Notes: generated by a model not told the origin, from the letters alone. A DNA stretch of 64,000 nt from an uncultured Draconibacterium sp. (GCA_963676265.2 OY781067.2:2459849-2523848), one strand, 5' to 3'; shown: positions 41,353 to 49,977, counted from the stretch's first letter. A program made the numbers and translations.

Positions 41353-42693
41353 ATGAACAATACATTTTTAATATTAAAACAAGAGTATTTAAAAAGGGTG
41401 AAGAAAAAATCCTTCATCATTTTAACCATATTAACACCTTTTTTGATTGCAGGAGTTTACGGCATCGTTATTTATTTCTCAATTAAAGACGATACAGAGG
41501 AAAGAACTATTGCCGTGTACGACGAAACGAGCCTCTTCCTCGGAGAATTTAGTGAAGCAGGCACTACCAAATACCATTTTGTACCTAAGGAAGAATATAG
41601 TGAGTTAAAGTCGGAGCTTAAAAACACCGACTATTATGGATTACTCTACATTCCCCGCGATATTTATTCGAATAATAAGGCACAATTAATTTCTGAGAAA
41701 CAGTTGCCATTGGAACTTACCAATCAGATTGAGAGAAAACTAAGTAGGTTTATAGAAAACGACAAGCGTCAGAAGGTAATTGATGAAGCGGGAATTCCTG
41801 ATCTGGAAGAACGATTGGCACGAACTAAAACACAGGTAAATTTAAGTACCCTTAAAATATCAGAATCCGGAGAAACCAAAAAAAGTTCGTCGGTGGTTGC
41901 ATTCATTGCCAGTTACGCCATGGGGCTTATTATTTACTTTTTTGTGTTTATGTATGGTTCGATGGTAATGCGCAGCGTAATGGAAGAGAAAAAAAGTCGC
42001 ATTATCGAGGTTATTATTTCATCGGTTAAGCCGAGCCAGCTTATGGCCGGAAAAATTATCGGTACTGCTTTGGTTGGATTAACCCAGGTTGCCATCTGGA
42101 TTATTCTTGGTGGAATTGCCTTAGTGGCAGTTCAGGGATTCTTTACACCGGAATCGGCTCAGCAAATGGGCCAGAGCCTGATGGAAAGTCAGGGACAAAT
42201 GAGCCCTGCCATGACACAGGCTGCAGAACCCAACAAAATGATGGAGACCATGGAAATGATCAGCAATCTGAATCTGCCTCTCATTTTATTCTCGTTTGTG
42301 TTTTACTTCCTGGCAGGATACCTGCTATACAGTGCATTTTTAGGTGCGGTTGGTGCAGCTGTTGATAACGACGAAGATTCGCAACAACTGGTACTTCCGG
42401 TTACATTCCCGCTGATTCTTTCTATTATGTTACTGTTCCCTATCGCGAAAAACCCGGAAGGAACTCTGGCTTTCTGGTGTTCTGTTGTACCATTCACATC
42501 GCCGGTAGCCATGATGGCACGAATCCCATACGGATTGCCTGCATGGGAAATAATCCTGTCGATGGGTTTATTGGTTCTTACCACAGTTGGGGCAATAATG
42601 GCTGCGGCAAAAATATATCGTGTGGGATTACTTATGTACGGCAAAAAGGTAAACATCAAAGAACTGGTTAAATGGCTTCGGTATAAAAGTTGA
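41353..42693 (+). CDS. ABC-2 family transporter permease (NatB-like)
   Basis: 446 aa. N-terminal TM, large extracytoplasmic loop and five C-terminal TM helices. Adjacent to the ATPase gene (12-nt gap). Confidence 0.75.
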   Translation: MNNTFLILKQEYLKRVKKKSFIILTILTPFLIAGVYGIVIYFSIKDDTEERTIAVYDETSLFLGEFSEAGTTKYHFVPKEEYSELKSELKNTDYYGLLYIPRDIYSNNKAQLISEKQLPLELTNQIERKLSRFIENDKRQKVIDEAGIPDLEERLARTKTQVNLSTLKISESGETKKSSSVVAFIASYAMGLIIYFFVFMYGSMVMRSVMEEKKSRIIEVIISSVKPSQLMAGKIIGTALVGLTQVAIWIILGGIALVAVQGFFTPESAQQMGQSLMESQGQMSPAMTQAAEPNKMMETMEMISNLNLPLILFSFVFYFLAGYLLYSAFLGAVGAAVDNDEDSQQLVLPVTFPLILSIMLLFPIAKNPEGTLAFWCSVVPFTSPVAMMARIPYGLPAWEIILSMGLLVLTTVGAIMAAAKIYRVGLLMYGKKVNIKELVKWLRYKS

Positions 42694-42830
42694 TACCATT
42701 TTTAACCGAATCATGGTTAACACGAATATTAACAAACCGGCAAAAACATGAAAAAAATCACAATTCTTATTTGGAATCAATAAAAATTACATATATTGCC
42801 TTTCATATGATCAATACTACAAAAAATACA

Positions 42831-42947
42831 ATGATGTGTTACTGTTGTTTCCTAAAATCAGGAAGGAGTGTTGATCGTTTTTAAAATTGAAAATTTAAAA
42901 AAATGATAAGCAAAAGCCTTCCTGGAAATCCGGGAAGGCTTTTTTTT
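42831..42947 (+). promoter_or_regulatory. Candidate cysteine-responsive leader-peptide attenuator upstream of cysK
   Basis: The mini-ORF ends at TAA 42882-42884 and encodes ...MMCYCCFLKSGRSVDRF (TGT at 42837, 42843 and 42846). CAGGAAGG (42859-42866) can pair with CCTTCCTG (42917-42924). That pairing is mutually exclusive with the terminator stem GCCTTCC (42916-42922) / GGAAGGC (42933-42939), which is followed by T8. Confidence 0.4.
42916..42947 (+). terminator. Intrinsic terminator in the ABC-permease/cysK spacer
   Basis: GCCTTCC / GGAAGGC stem, extendable through the flanking A/T pairs, with a 10-nt loop and T8. It lies 220 nt after the permease stop and 100 nt before cysK. Confidence 0.8.
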
Positions 42948-43015
42948 AATAAGAGAATTACAAACAGATTTTATAACAAAAAAGATTTGAAGGATTTAGG
43001 TGGTAATAGTTCCGT

Positions 43016-43036
43016 CTTCTAACTTCAGTCTTCCAA
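43016..43036 (+). repeat. (CTTCNNN)x3 array upstream of cysK
   Basis: CTTCTAA CTTCAGT CTTCCAA, with CTTC at 43016, 43023 and 43030. ATG is at 43048. Confidence 0.7.
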
Positions 43037-43047
43037 TTTTATTAATT

Positions 43048-43959
43048 ATGAAAGCAAATAATATTCTGGAAACCATTGGAAACACGCCCCATGTTAAAAT
43101 CAACCGTTTATATCCACAGGATTATGAGGTATGGGTTAAAGTAGAAAAAACTAATCCCGGCGGAAGTATAAAAGACAGGATTGCACTGTCGATGATTGAA
43201 GATGCTGAACAAAAAGGGATCTTAAATAAAGGCTCTGTTATTATTGAGCCCACATCGGGAAATACGGGAATTGGTTTGGCACTTGTGGCAGCGGTTAAAG
43301 GTTACCGCCTCATTTTAACAATGCCCGAATCGATGACGATTGAACGAAGAAAAGCGCTGCAGGCTCTGGGAGCTGAACTCGTTTTAACTCCGAAAGAAAA
43401 AGGGATGAAGGGTTCAATTTCCAAAGCTGAAGAACTGGCAGCCGAGATAGAAAACTCATGGATTCCCTTTCAATTTTCCAATCCGGCAAATGTGGAAGCT
43501 CACAGAAAAAATACAGCACAGGAAATTATTAACGACTTTCCCGACGGATTTGATTATTTAATAACCGGGGTTGGAACCGGCGGACATATAACAGGAGTTG
43601 CTGAAGTGCTAAAAGAAAAATTTCCCAATCTTAAAGTTTTTGCTGTTCAACCTGATACCAGTCCGGTAATTGGAGGAGGCCAACCAGGACCACATGGAAT
43701 CCAGGGGATTGGTGCAGGATTTATTCCTGAGAATCTAAATACTGACCTGCTGGAAGGCACCATTGAGATATCGAAAGATGAAGCGTTTGAATATGCCAAA
43801 AAGGCAGCCAAAAAGGAAGGATTGTTTGTGGGAATTTCGTCAGGTGCATCGCTGGCAGCAATTGCAAAAAAAATTGAGGAGATTCCGGCCGGATCAAAAA
43901 TTCTGACATTTTCATACGACCATGGCGAAAGATATTTGAGTGTGGAAGGATTATTTTAA
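43048..43959 (+). CDS. cysK: Cysteine synthase A (O-acetylserine sulfhydrylase)
   Basis: ORF 43000..43959. The start is taken at ATG 43048 ([14 protein letters not shown]). PLP lysine context [14 protein letters not shown] and [10 protein letters not shown] loop. Confidence 0.93.
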   Translation: MKANNILETIGNTPHVKINRLYPQDYEVWVKVEKTNPGGSIKDRIALSMIEDAEQKGILNKGSVIIEPTSGNTGIGLALVAAVKGYRLILTMPESMTIERRKALQALGAELVLTPKEKGMKGSISKAEELAAEIENSWIPFQFSNPANVEAHRKNTAQEIINDFPDGFDYLITGVGTGGHITGVAEVLKEKFPNLKVFAVQPDTSPVIGGGQPGPHGIQGIGAGFIPENLNTDLLEGTIEISKDEAFEYAKKAAKKEGLFVGISSGASLAAIAKKIEEIPAGSKILTFSYDHGERYLSVEGLF

Positions 43960-44101
43960 TATCAAATGACTGTTTAAATAGAGACATCGTATCATTTTTC
44001 CTTTCATATAAGAAATATCGAAGCTGACATTTAAATTATCAATCAAACAATAGCGACAACTTATTGTTTTTGTTTGTATTATTTAATTAATTGTTTCAAA
44101 A

Positions 44102-44572
44102 ATGAAAGGAATAAAAATATTTTTAGCAGGATTATTAACAGGTTTGGTAATTACATTATTTGCGATTATCGTGATGGTTCCAAAACAAATGTTTATAGTA
44201 AACGAAAGCAAACTCGATTTCAATGCAACGGTTAAAACCATTGAACAATCAGCGAAAGAAAATAAATGGAGCATACCACACCATTACGATTTACAGGCTA
44301 CGCTAGATAAACACGGATTCGAGGTTAATCCGGTTCATGTTTATTCTATATGCAAGCCTGATCTTGCCAACAAAATATTGGGCAGCGACGAAGAGCGTCT
44401 GGTATCAGCAATGATGCCCTGCCGCGTTGCAGTTTACGAAAAAGGTGGAAAAACGTATGTATCAGTTCTTAACTCGGGATTCTTTTCGAAATTCATGGGT
44501 AAAAAAATAAAAGCAGTTATGGGTGATGCCAGTAACGAGACAATGCAAATACTTGCCCCGGTTGTGAAATGA
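44102..44572 (+). CDS. DUF302-like protein with N-terminal membrane anchor
   Basis: 156 aa. TM/signal anchor followed by an alpha/beta domain resembling DUF302 (LPCRVAVYEKGGKTYV). Confidence 0.55.
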   Translation: MKGIKIFLAGLLTGLVITLFAIIVMVPKQMFIVNESKLDFNATVKTIEQSAKENKWSIPHHYDLQATLDKHGFEVNPVHVYSICKPDLANKILGSDEERLVSAMMPCRVAVYEKGGKTYVSVLNSGFFSKFMGKKIKAVMGDASNETMQILAPVVK

Positions 44573-44762
44573 ACAGTCAGTACAGGAAAGAATATTATTT
44601 AGTCAGATAAAGCAATAAAACAGGCAGTTATAAAGTTAACAATGTTAATTACTTGAAAGATTTACTATATGATTGTATAATTTTATTGCGTATAATTAGG
44701 CATGGTTTTTGATTAATGCCAAATTCATATAAAAGCCACAGAAAATATTAACAGGTACAACG

Positions 44763-44915
44763 ATGAAACAGAATTTAAACAACGGAAAACTGGATTTAAA
44801 AGATATAGGGCCGGTATGGATGGTCAAAATCAATATTCACACCGGAGTTTCTGAAAAATCAATCCAGGTATTTGAGAAAACGAAGAAATTAAAATTAAAA
44901 GTAATTTTAAATTAA
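44763..44915 (+). CDS. Possible small ORF (50 aa), unverified
   Basis: ATG 44763 to TAA 44915 gives MKQNLNNGKLDLKDIGPVWMVKINIHTGVSEKSIQVFEKTKKLKLKVILN. It is below the ORF-track cutoff and ends 5 nt before a strong terminator. No family recognised. Confidence 0.2.
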   Translation: MKQNLNNGKLDLKDIGPVWMVKINIHTGVSEKSIQVFEKTKKLKLKVILN

Positions 44916-44950
44916 AAAAAGCACCGAAATTAATTTCGGTGCTTTTTTTT
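44914..44950. terminator. Bidirectional intrinsic terminator downstream of carB
   Basis: A7-GCACCGAAAT-TA-ATTTCGGTGC-T8; a perfect palindromic stem flanked by A and T runs. Confidence 0.9.
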
Positions 44951-44969
44951 ATATGATTTGCTACTGTTC

Positions 44970-47900
44970 TTAAGCCTTGTATTCATCCCAGCTTTTAATC
45001 TTGATATCCTCAAGACTGTACTTACAAACGCCATACAGGAAAGCACTTGCAACACGAGCATTGGTTATAAGAGGAATATTATAGTCAATTGAACTCCTTC
45101 GGATTGCATACCCGTTTTTCAGCTCTCTCTTCGTATGATTTTTAGGAATATTAATGACCAGGTCAATTTTCTTTTCCTTAATATATTCAATGGTATTCGG
45201 TGACTGACCTTCTTCATCCGGCCAGTGAATCAGCGTATTTTCGATACCGTTATCACGGAAGAATTTATGAGTCCCTTCCGTTGCATAAATATTAAATCCT
45301 TTCTCAACAAGCATTCTGGCACTGTTCAAAAGTTCCAGTTTTCCACGTGAAGGACCTGATGAAATCAATATATTCTTTTTCGGGAAGTTATATCCTACCG
45401 AAAGCATCGCCTTCAGAATTGCTTCGTAATACGATTCTCCAATACAACCAACTTCACCGGTCGACGACATATCGACACCTAAAACCGGGTCGGCTTTTAA
45501 CAAGCGTGCAAACGAAAACTGCGGTGCTTTAACACCCACATAATCAAGCTCGAACAACGATTTATCCGGTTTTGGAACATCGATTCCTAACATTACTTTT
45601 GTGGCAATCTCAATCAGGTTAATTTTCATCACCTTCGAAACAAACGGGAAACTTCGCGACGCCCTCAGGTTACACTCAATTACTTTAATATCGTTATCTT
45701 TTGCCAGGAACTGCATGTTAAACGGACCTGTAATCTCAAGTCCTTTTGCAATCTCGCGAGCGATCTTTTTCACCCGGCGAATGGTTTCAACATATAATTT
45801 TTGCGGAGGGAATACAATGGTAGCATCGCCCGAGTGAACCCCAGCGAACTCAACGTGCTCCGAAATGGCATAAGCAACCATCTCTCCGTTATTGGCAACC
45901 GCATCAATTTCTATTTCCTTTGCCTGTTCAATAAATTCAGTAACCACAACCGGGTGTTCTTTTGATACATTGGCGGCCATCTCAAGGAAATGTTCCAGCT
46001 GATCAGGGTTGGAAACCACGTTCATGGCTGCACCCGAAAGCACATACGAAGGACGAATCAATACCGGATAACCTACCTCATCAACAAATTTGTGAATCTC
46101 TTCGATAGTTGAAAGGCGTGCCCAGCGTGGCTGATCAACTCCCAGGTTATCGAGCAATGATGAAAACTTCTCACGGTCTTCTGCATTATCAATTTTCACT
46201 GGGGAAGTACCAAGTACATGTACGTTTTGCCCGTGTAATTTCATTGCCAGGTTGTTCGGAATCTGACCTCCCATTGAAACCACAACTCCGTGCGGATTTT
46301 CCAGGTCGTATATGTCCATTACCCGCTCGAAACTCAACTCATCAAAATAAAGGCGATCGCAGGTATCGTAATCCGTACTCACAGTTTCAGGATTGTAGTT
46401 GATCATTACCGAACGGTAACCTTCTTCTTTAATGGTGTTAATAGTGTTTACACTACACCAGTCGAATTCAACAGAACTACCAATTCGATACGCCCCCGAA
46501 CCTAGCACAATCACTGATTTTTGATCACCAAAATAGTGAACGTCATTCTCGCTGCCATTGTAAGTCAGGTACAGGTAGTTTGTTTGTGCAGGATATTCAC
46601 CTGCCAGCGTATCAATTTGCTTCACCACCGGAATAACGTCATTTGCTTTACGGTACTCACGAACTTTTAGCAAATCATTATTTATTTCAGTATTCGAACT
46701 TTTCATCACCAACCTGGCAACCTGAAAATCGGAATACCCGGTTTGTTTGGCTGCTTTCAAAAGTGGTATTGGAAGTTCATCCAGCTTATTTATAGCCTGA
46801 AGCTCTTGTTTTATCTTGTAAATATTATTTAGCTTTTGCAGGAACCATTTATCAATTTTGGTTTTGTCATAAATTTCATCGATGCCATAACCTTTGTTAA
46901 ATGCTTCGGCAATGGCAAAAATCCTTCTATCCGTTGGATTCACCAATTCTTCCTCGATTCCTTCAATGGTAATCTCCTCGCGGTTTCCAACAAATCCATG
47001 CATTCCTAGACCAACCATTCGAATTCCTTTTTGAATAGCCTCTTCGAAATTGCGCCCAATGGCCATAATCTCACCAACCGACTTCATCGAACTTCCGATG
47101 TTTTTAGAAACACCTACGAACTTGGACAAATCCCAACGAGGAATTTTAACCACACAGTAGTCGAGTGCAGGTTCAAAACAGGCAGTAGTTACCTTGGTTA
47201 CCGAGTTTTTCAACTGATGCAATCCGTAACCCAATCCCAATTTCGCAGCCACAAAAGCCAGCGGATAACCGGTTGCTTTCGAAGCCAGTGCAGAAGAACG
47301 CGACAAACGAGCATTCACCTCAATTACCCTGTAATCTTCCGAATTAGGATCGAGTGCAAACTGAACATTACATTCTCCAATTACTCCTACACGGCGAATA
47401 ATTTTTATCGATATGGCACGCAGTTTATGATATTCGGAGTTGGACAGAGTTTGCGACGGAGCCACAACGATACTTTCTCCGGTATGTATTCCCAGCGGAT
47501 CGAAATTTTCCATATTACAGACAGTAATACAGTTGTCAAATTTATCGCGGACAACCTCGTATTCAACCTCTTTCCAACCTTTAATTGATTCTTCAACCAA
47601 AATCTGCGGAGAATATGAAAATGCACTTCCTGCCAGTTTCTCCAGTTCTTCTTCATTTTCGCAGAAGCCCGAACCAAGACCACCCAATGTATAAGCGGCA
47701 CGAATAATTATAGGAAAACCTACTTCTTTGGCTGCAGCTTTGGCTTCAGCCATATTTGATGCGGCAATACTTTTTGGAGTTTTCACCCCAATTTCGCCAA
47801 GCATGTTGGCAAAAATATCGCGGTCTTCCGTGTCAATAATCGATTGAACAGGTGTACCAACTACTTCCACATTATATTTTTCAAGAACTCCTGATTCGAA

Positions 47901-48203
47901 TAATGCTACCCCACAGTTTAATGCAGTTTGCCCGCCAAATGCAAGAAGAATCCCCTGTGGTTTTTCCTTTTTAATTACCTCTTCAACAAAGTGAGGAGTA
48001 ACAGGGAGGAAATAAATTTTATCTGCAATATTTTCCGAAGTCTGGATGGTTGCAATATTCGGATTGATTAAAACCGTTTCAACACCTTCTTCTTTCAAGG
48101 CTTTCAGTGCCTGTGAACCCGAATAATCAAACTCACCGGCTTCCCCGATTTTTAGGGCTCCCGAACCAAGAACAATTGCTTTTTTAATATGTGTATCTAT
48201 CAT
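44970..48203 (-). CDS. carB: Carbamoyl-phosphate synthase large subunit
   Basis: 1077 aa with duplicated ATP-grasp halves and a C-terminal MGS-like domain. Confidence 0.97.
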   Translation of the reverse strand: MIDTHIKKAIVLGSGALKIGEAGEFDYSGSQALKALKEEGVETVLINPNIATIQTSENIADKIYFLPVTPHFVEEVIKKEKPQGILLAFGGQTALNCGVALFESGVLEKYNVEVVGTPVQSIIDTEDRDIFANMLGEIGVKTPKSIAASNMAEAKAAAKEVGFPIIIRAAYTLGGLGSGFCENEEELEKLAGSAFSYSPQILVEESIKGWKEVEYEVVRDKFDNCITVCNMENFDPLGIHTGESIVVAPSQTLSNSEYHKLRAISIKIIRRVGVIGECNVQFALDPNSEDYRVIEVNARLSRSSALASKATGYPLAFVAAKLGLGYGLHQLKNSVTKVTTACFEPALDYCVVKIPRWDLSKFVGVSKNIGSSMKSVGEIMAIGRNFEEAIQKGIRMVGLGMHGFVGNREEITIEGIEEELVNPTDRRIFAIAEAFNKGYGIDEIYDKTKIDKWFLQKLNNIYKIKQELQAINKLDELPIPLLKAAKQTGYSDFQVARLVMKSSNTEINNDLLKVREYRKANDVIPVVKQIDTLAGEYPAQTNYLYLTYNGSENDVHYFGDQKSVIVLGSGAYRIGSSVEFDWCSVNTINTIKEEGYRSVMINYNPETVSTDYDTCDRLYFDELSFERVMDIYDLENPHGVVVSMGGQIPNNLAMKLHGQNVHVLGTSPVKIDNAEDREKFSSLLDNLGVDQPRWARLSTIEEIHKFVDEVGYPVLIRPSYVLSGAAMNVVSNPDQLEHFLEMAANVSKEHPVVVTEFIEQAKEIEIDAVANNGEMVAYAISEHVEFAGVHSGDATIVFPPQKLYVETIRRVKKIAREIAKGLEITGPFNMQFLAKDNDIKVIECNLRASRSFPFVSKVMKINLIEIATKVMLGIDVPKPDKSLFELDYVGVKAPQFSFARLLKADPVLGVDMSSTGEVGCIGESYYEAILKAMLSVGYNFPKKNILISSGPSRGKLELLNSARMLVEKGFNIYATEGTHKFFRDNGIENTLIHWPDEEGQSPNTIEYIKEKKIDLVINIPKNHTKRELKNGYAIRRSSIDYNIPLITNARVASAFLYGVCKYSLEDIKIKSWDEYKA

Positions 48204-48215
48204 GATATTTTTTTT

Positions 48216-48257
48216 GAATTTCGAATTATGATTAACGAATTAAGATTTCAGATTTAT
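48216..48257. repeat. Heptad-periodic arm (GAWTNNN)x6 between carB and the four-helix-bundle gene
   Basis: The + strand reads GAATTTC GAATTAT GATTAAC GAATTAA GATTTCA GATTTAT, with G at 48216 plus 7n. Confidence 0.85.
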
Positions 48258-48267
48258 CATTCAATTG

Positions 48268-48642
48268 TTACTTGTTTTTATTACTTTTGGCCGTTTCAAT
48301 ACTTTTCACGAAGATCGATATCAACTCATTATTCTCATTGTAACAATCATCAAGCAAATCCATATTTTTGACCAACCCCGAATGTTTAACTATTTTTATT
48401 GCAACAAAAGTTTCTCTTAATTCTTTTAAACAAACACTCATTTTATGAATAAAGTCGTTTTTACTTTCAGCACCTTGTGCTTCGCCATAGTTAAGTGCAG
48501 GTGAAGTACCTGATCTAACGATTTGACCTTTCATATGATTGCCGATTGGAGAATTTGGAAGCAAATCTGCAAACCTGATAATCAGGGCTGCGAATCTTAT
48601 TAATCTTTCCTCCAAATCAAACTTATTCATATCTGCAATCAT
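48268..48642 (-). CDS. Four-helix-bundle protein, 23S rRNA intervening-sequence protein family (Avd-like)
   Basis: ORF 48268..48645 has a TTG first codon; ATG is at 48642. QIVRSGTSPALNYGEAQGAESKNDFIHKMSVCLKELRET matches the family core (RS..S...N..E......DF......KE..ET). Confidence 0.8.
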   Translation of the reverse strand: MIADMNKFDLEERLIRFAALIIRFADLLPNSPIGNHMKGQIVRSGTSPALNYGEAQGAESKNDFIHKMSVCLKELRETFVAIKIVKHSGLVKNMDLLDDCYNENNELISIFVKSIETAKSNKNK

Positions 48643-48665
48643 CAATCGTTAATCGTCATTCTGCG
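48631..48665. repeat. Heptad-periodic arm (WTCNNNN)x5 between the four-helix-bundle gene and carA
   Basis: The + strand reads ATCTGCA ATCATCA ATCGTTA ATCGTCA TTCTGCG. 48646-48661 is the inverted complement (14/16) of 48223-48238. Confidence 0.8.
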
Positions 48666-48673
48666 GTTCAAGC

Positions 48674-49753
48674 TTATTTTTTGCTCTCTTCAATATTTTT
48701 AATAAACTCGTCGAACAGGAATTCTGTATCAACAGGTCCACTCGACGCTTCGGGGTGGAACTGCGTAGAAAAGAAAGGTTTGCTTTTATGCCTGATCCCT
48801 TCGTTAGTATCGTCGTTTACGTTGGTAAAAAGCGGCTCCCAATCCGAAGGAAGAGTTTCTGTTCTAACAGCAAAACCATGATTTTGTGAAGTAATGTAAC
48901 ATTTGTTGGTTCCTTGCAGCAATACCGGCTGATTGTGGCTTCGGTGTCCGTATTTCAGTTTGTAAGTTTCAGCGCCGGCAGCAAGGGCCAGCAACTGGTT
49001 CCCCAGACAAATTCCCATAATTGGTTTCTGATCGCCAATCACCGATTTTATATATTTTACAGTTACATCGCACATAGCAGGGTCGCCCGGGCCGTTTGAA
49101 ACAAAAACTCCATCGTAATCTTCTTCGGTGAAGTCGTAATCCCATGGCACACGAATTACAGTAGCTCCCCTGTCGAGCAAACAACGGATAATATTGTTTT
49201 TAACACCGCAGTCGATTAAAACAACCTTGTGTTCTCCATCGCCATAAACTTCACGCTCTTTGCAGCTGGCAACGGCAACCAGGTTTTCTTTGTTGGGGTC
49301 GTAAAAATCAATTTCGTCATCAAATTCAATTTTTCCGAGCATCGATCCTTTCTCACGTAAAATTTTTGTTAAGGCTCGCGTATCGATATCAAATAAACCC
49401 GGAACATCGTATTCTTTTAACCAGTCGCTCAAACTTTTTTCAGCATTCCAGTGACTGAATTCAAATGAATAATCGGATATAATTAAACCGGTAATATGCA
49501 GTTTGTGAGACTCGTAATATTTGTGAATACCGTTCTCTCTTTTGTTGAAAGGAACACCATAGTTTCCGATCATCGGGTAGGTCGATACCAGAATCTGACC
49601 GGTATAAGACGGATCTGTCAAACTCTCCGGATAGCCCGTCATTGCTGTATAAAAAACAACCTCTCCGGCTACCGCTTTCTCGCTTCCAAACGATTTCCCC
49701 GTAAAAACGGTTCCGTCTTCAAGTGTTAATTTTGCCTGTTTTACTTTGTACAT
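48674..49753 (-). CDS. carA: Carbamoyl-phosphate synthase small (glutaminase) subunit
   Basis: 359 aa. Class I amidotransferase catalytic Cys in GICLGNQLL and FHPE near the C-terminus. Confidence 0.95.
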   Translation of the reverse strand: MYKVKQAKLTLEDGTVFTGKSFGSEKAVAGEVVFYTAMTGYPESLTDPSYTGQILVSTYPMIGNYGVPFNKRENGIHKYYESHKLHITGLIISDYSFEFSHWNAEKSLSDWLKEYDVPGLFDIDTRALTKILREKGSMLGKIEFDDEIDFYDPNKENLVAVASCKEREVYGDGEHKVVLIDCGVKNNIIRCLLDRGATVIRVPWDYDFTEEDYDGVFVSNGPGDPAMCDVTVKYIKSVIGDQKPIMGICLGNQLLALAAGAETYKLKYGHRSHNQPVLLQGTNKCYITSQNHGFAVRTETLPSDWEPLFTNVNDDTNEGIRHKSKPFFSTQFHPEASSGPVDTEFLFDEFIKNIEESKK

Positions 49754-49938
49754 ATTCCGATTTAATAATTAAAAAAAATGCGCTTGCCCTAAAATAGTTC
49801 AAACGCATTTCAGTTACCTTCCTTACATATTTTTAAATACACTTTCTTTCTCATAGAATGATAAGAACATGAAGTTAAAATCATTTTCCGCTGCAAAAAT
49901 AGAAAATATTCTCAAATTTTTCTGTTTTATTTCATCGA

Positions 49939-49977
49939 AATGCATATTTTTGCATCAATAATGAATATTTATTCAAT
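49939..49977 (+). promoter_or_regulatory. Tandem ARG boxes (ArgR operator) overlapping the argR promoter -7 box and start codon
   Basis: Box 1 (49939-49956) is AATGCATATTTTTGCATC. Box 2 (49960-49977) is AATGAATATTTATTCAAT, a perfect TGAAT-N4-ATTCA core. The two 18-bp boxes are separated by 3 bp, the classical spacing. Box 1 contains TATTTTTG (49945-49952, TAnnTTTG) and box 2 ends in the argR ATG. Confidence 0.75.

Noticed and set aside
42690-42884. 64-aa ORF in the ABC-permease/cysK spacer as a real protein gene
   Set aside because: Most of it is A/T-rich spacer with no protein-like features. Only its last 17 to 25 codons (the Cys-rich mini-ORF) are considered meaningful, and those are treated as a candidate leader peptide.
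49754-49938. ARG box or full promoter for carA on the divergent side of the argR operator
   Set aside because: The best candidate, AGAAAATATTCTCA (about 49902-49915), matches only 3/5 plus 3/5 of the TGAAT/ATTCA half-sites. A minus-strand TATTTTTG (49894-49901) lacks a correctly spaced -33 TTTG. The evidence is too weak to call.
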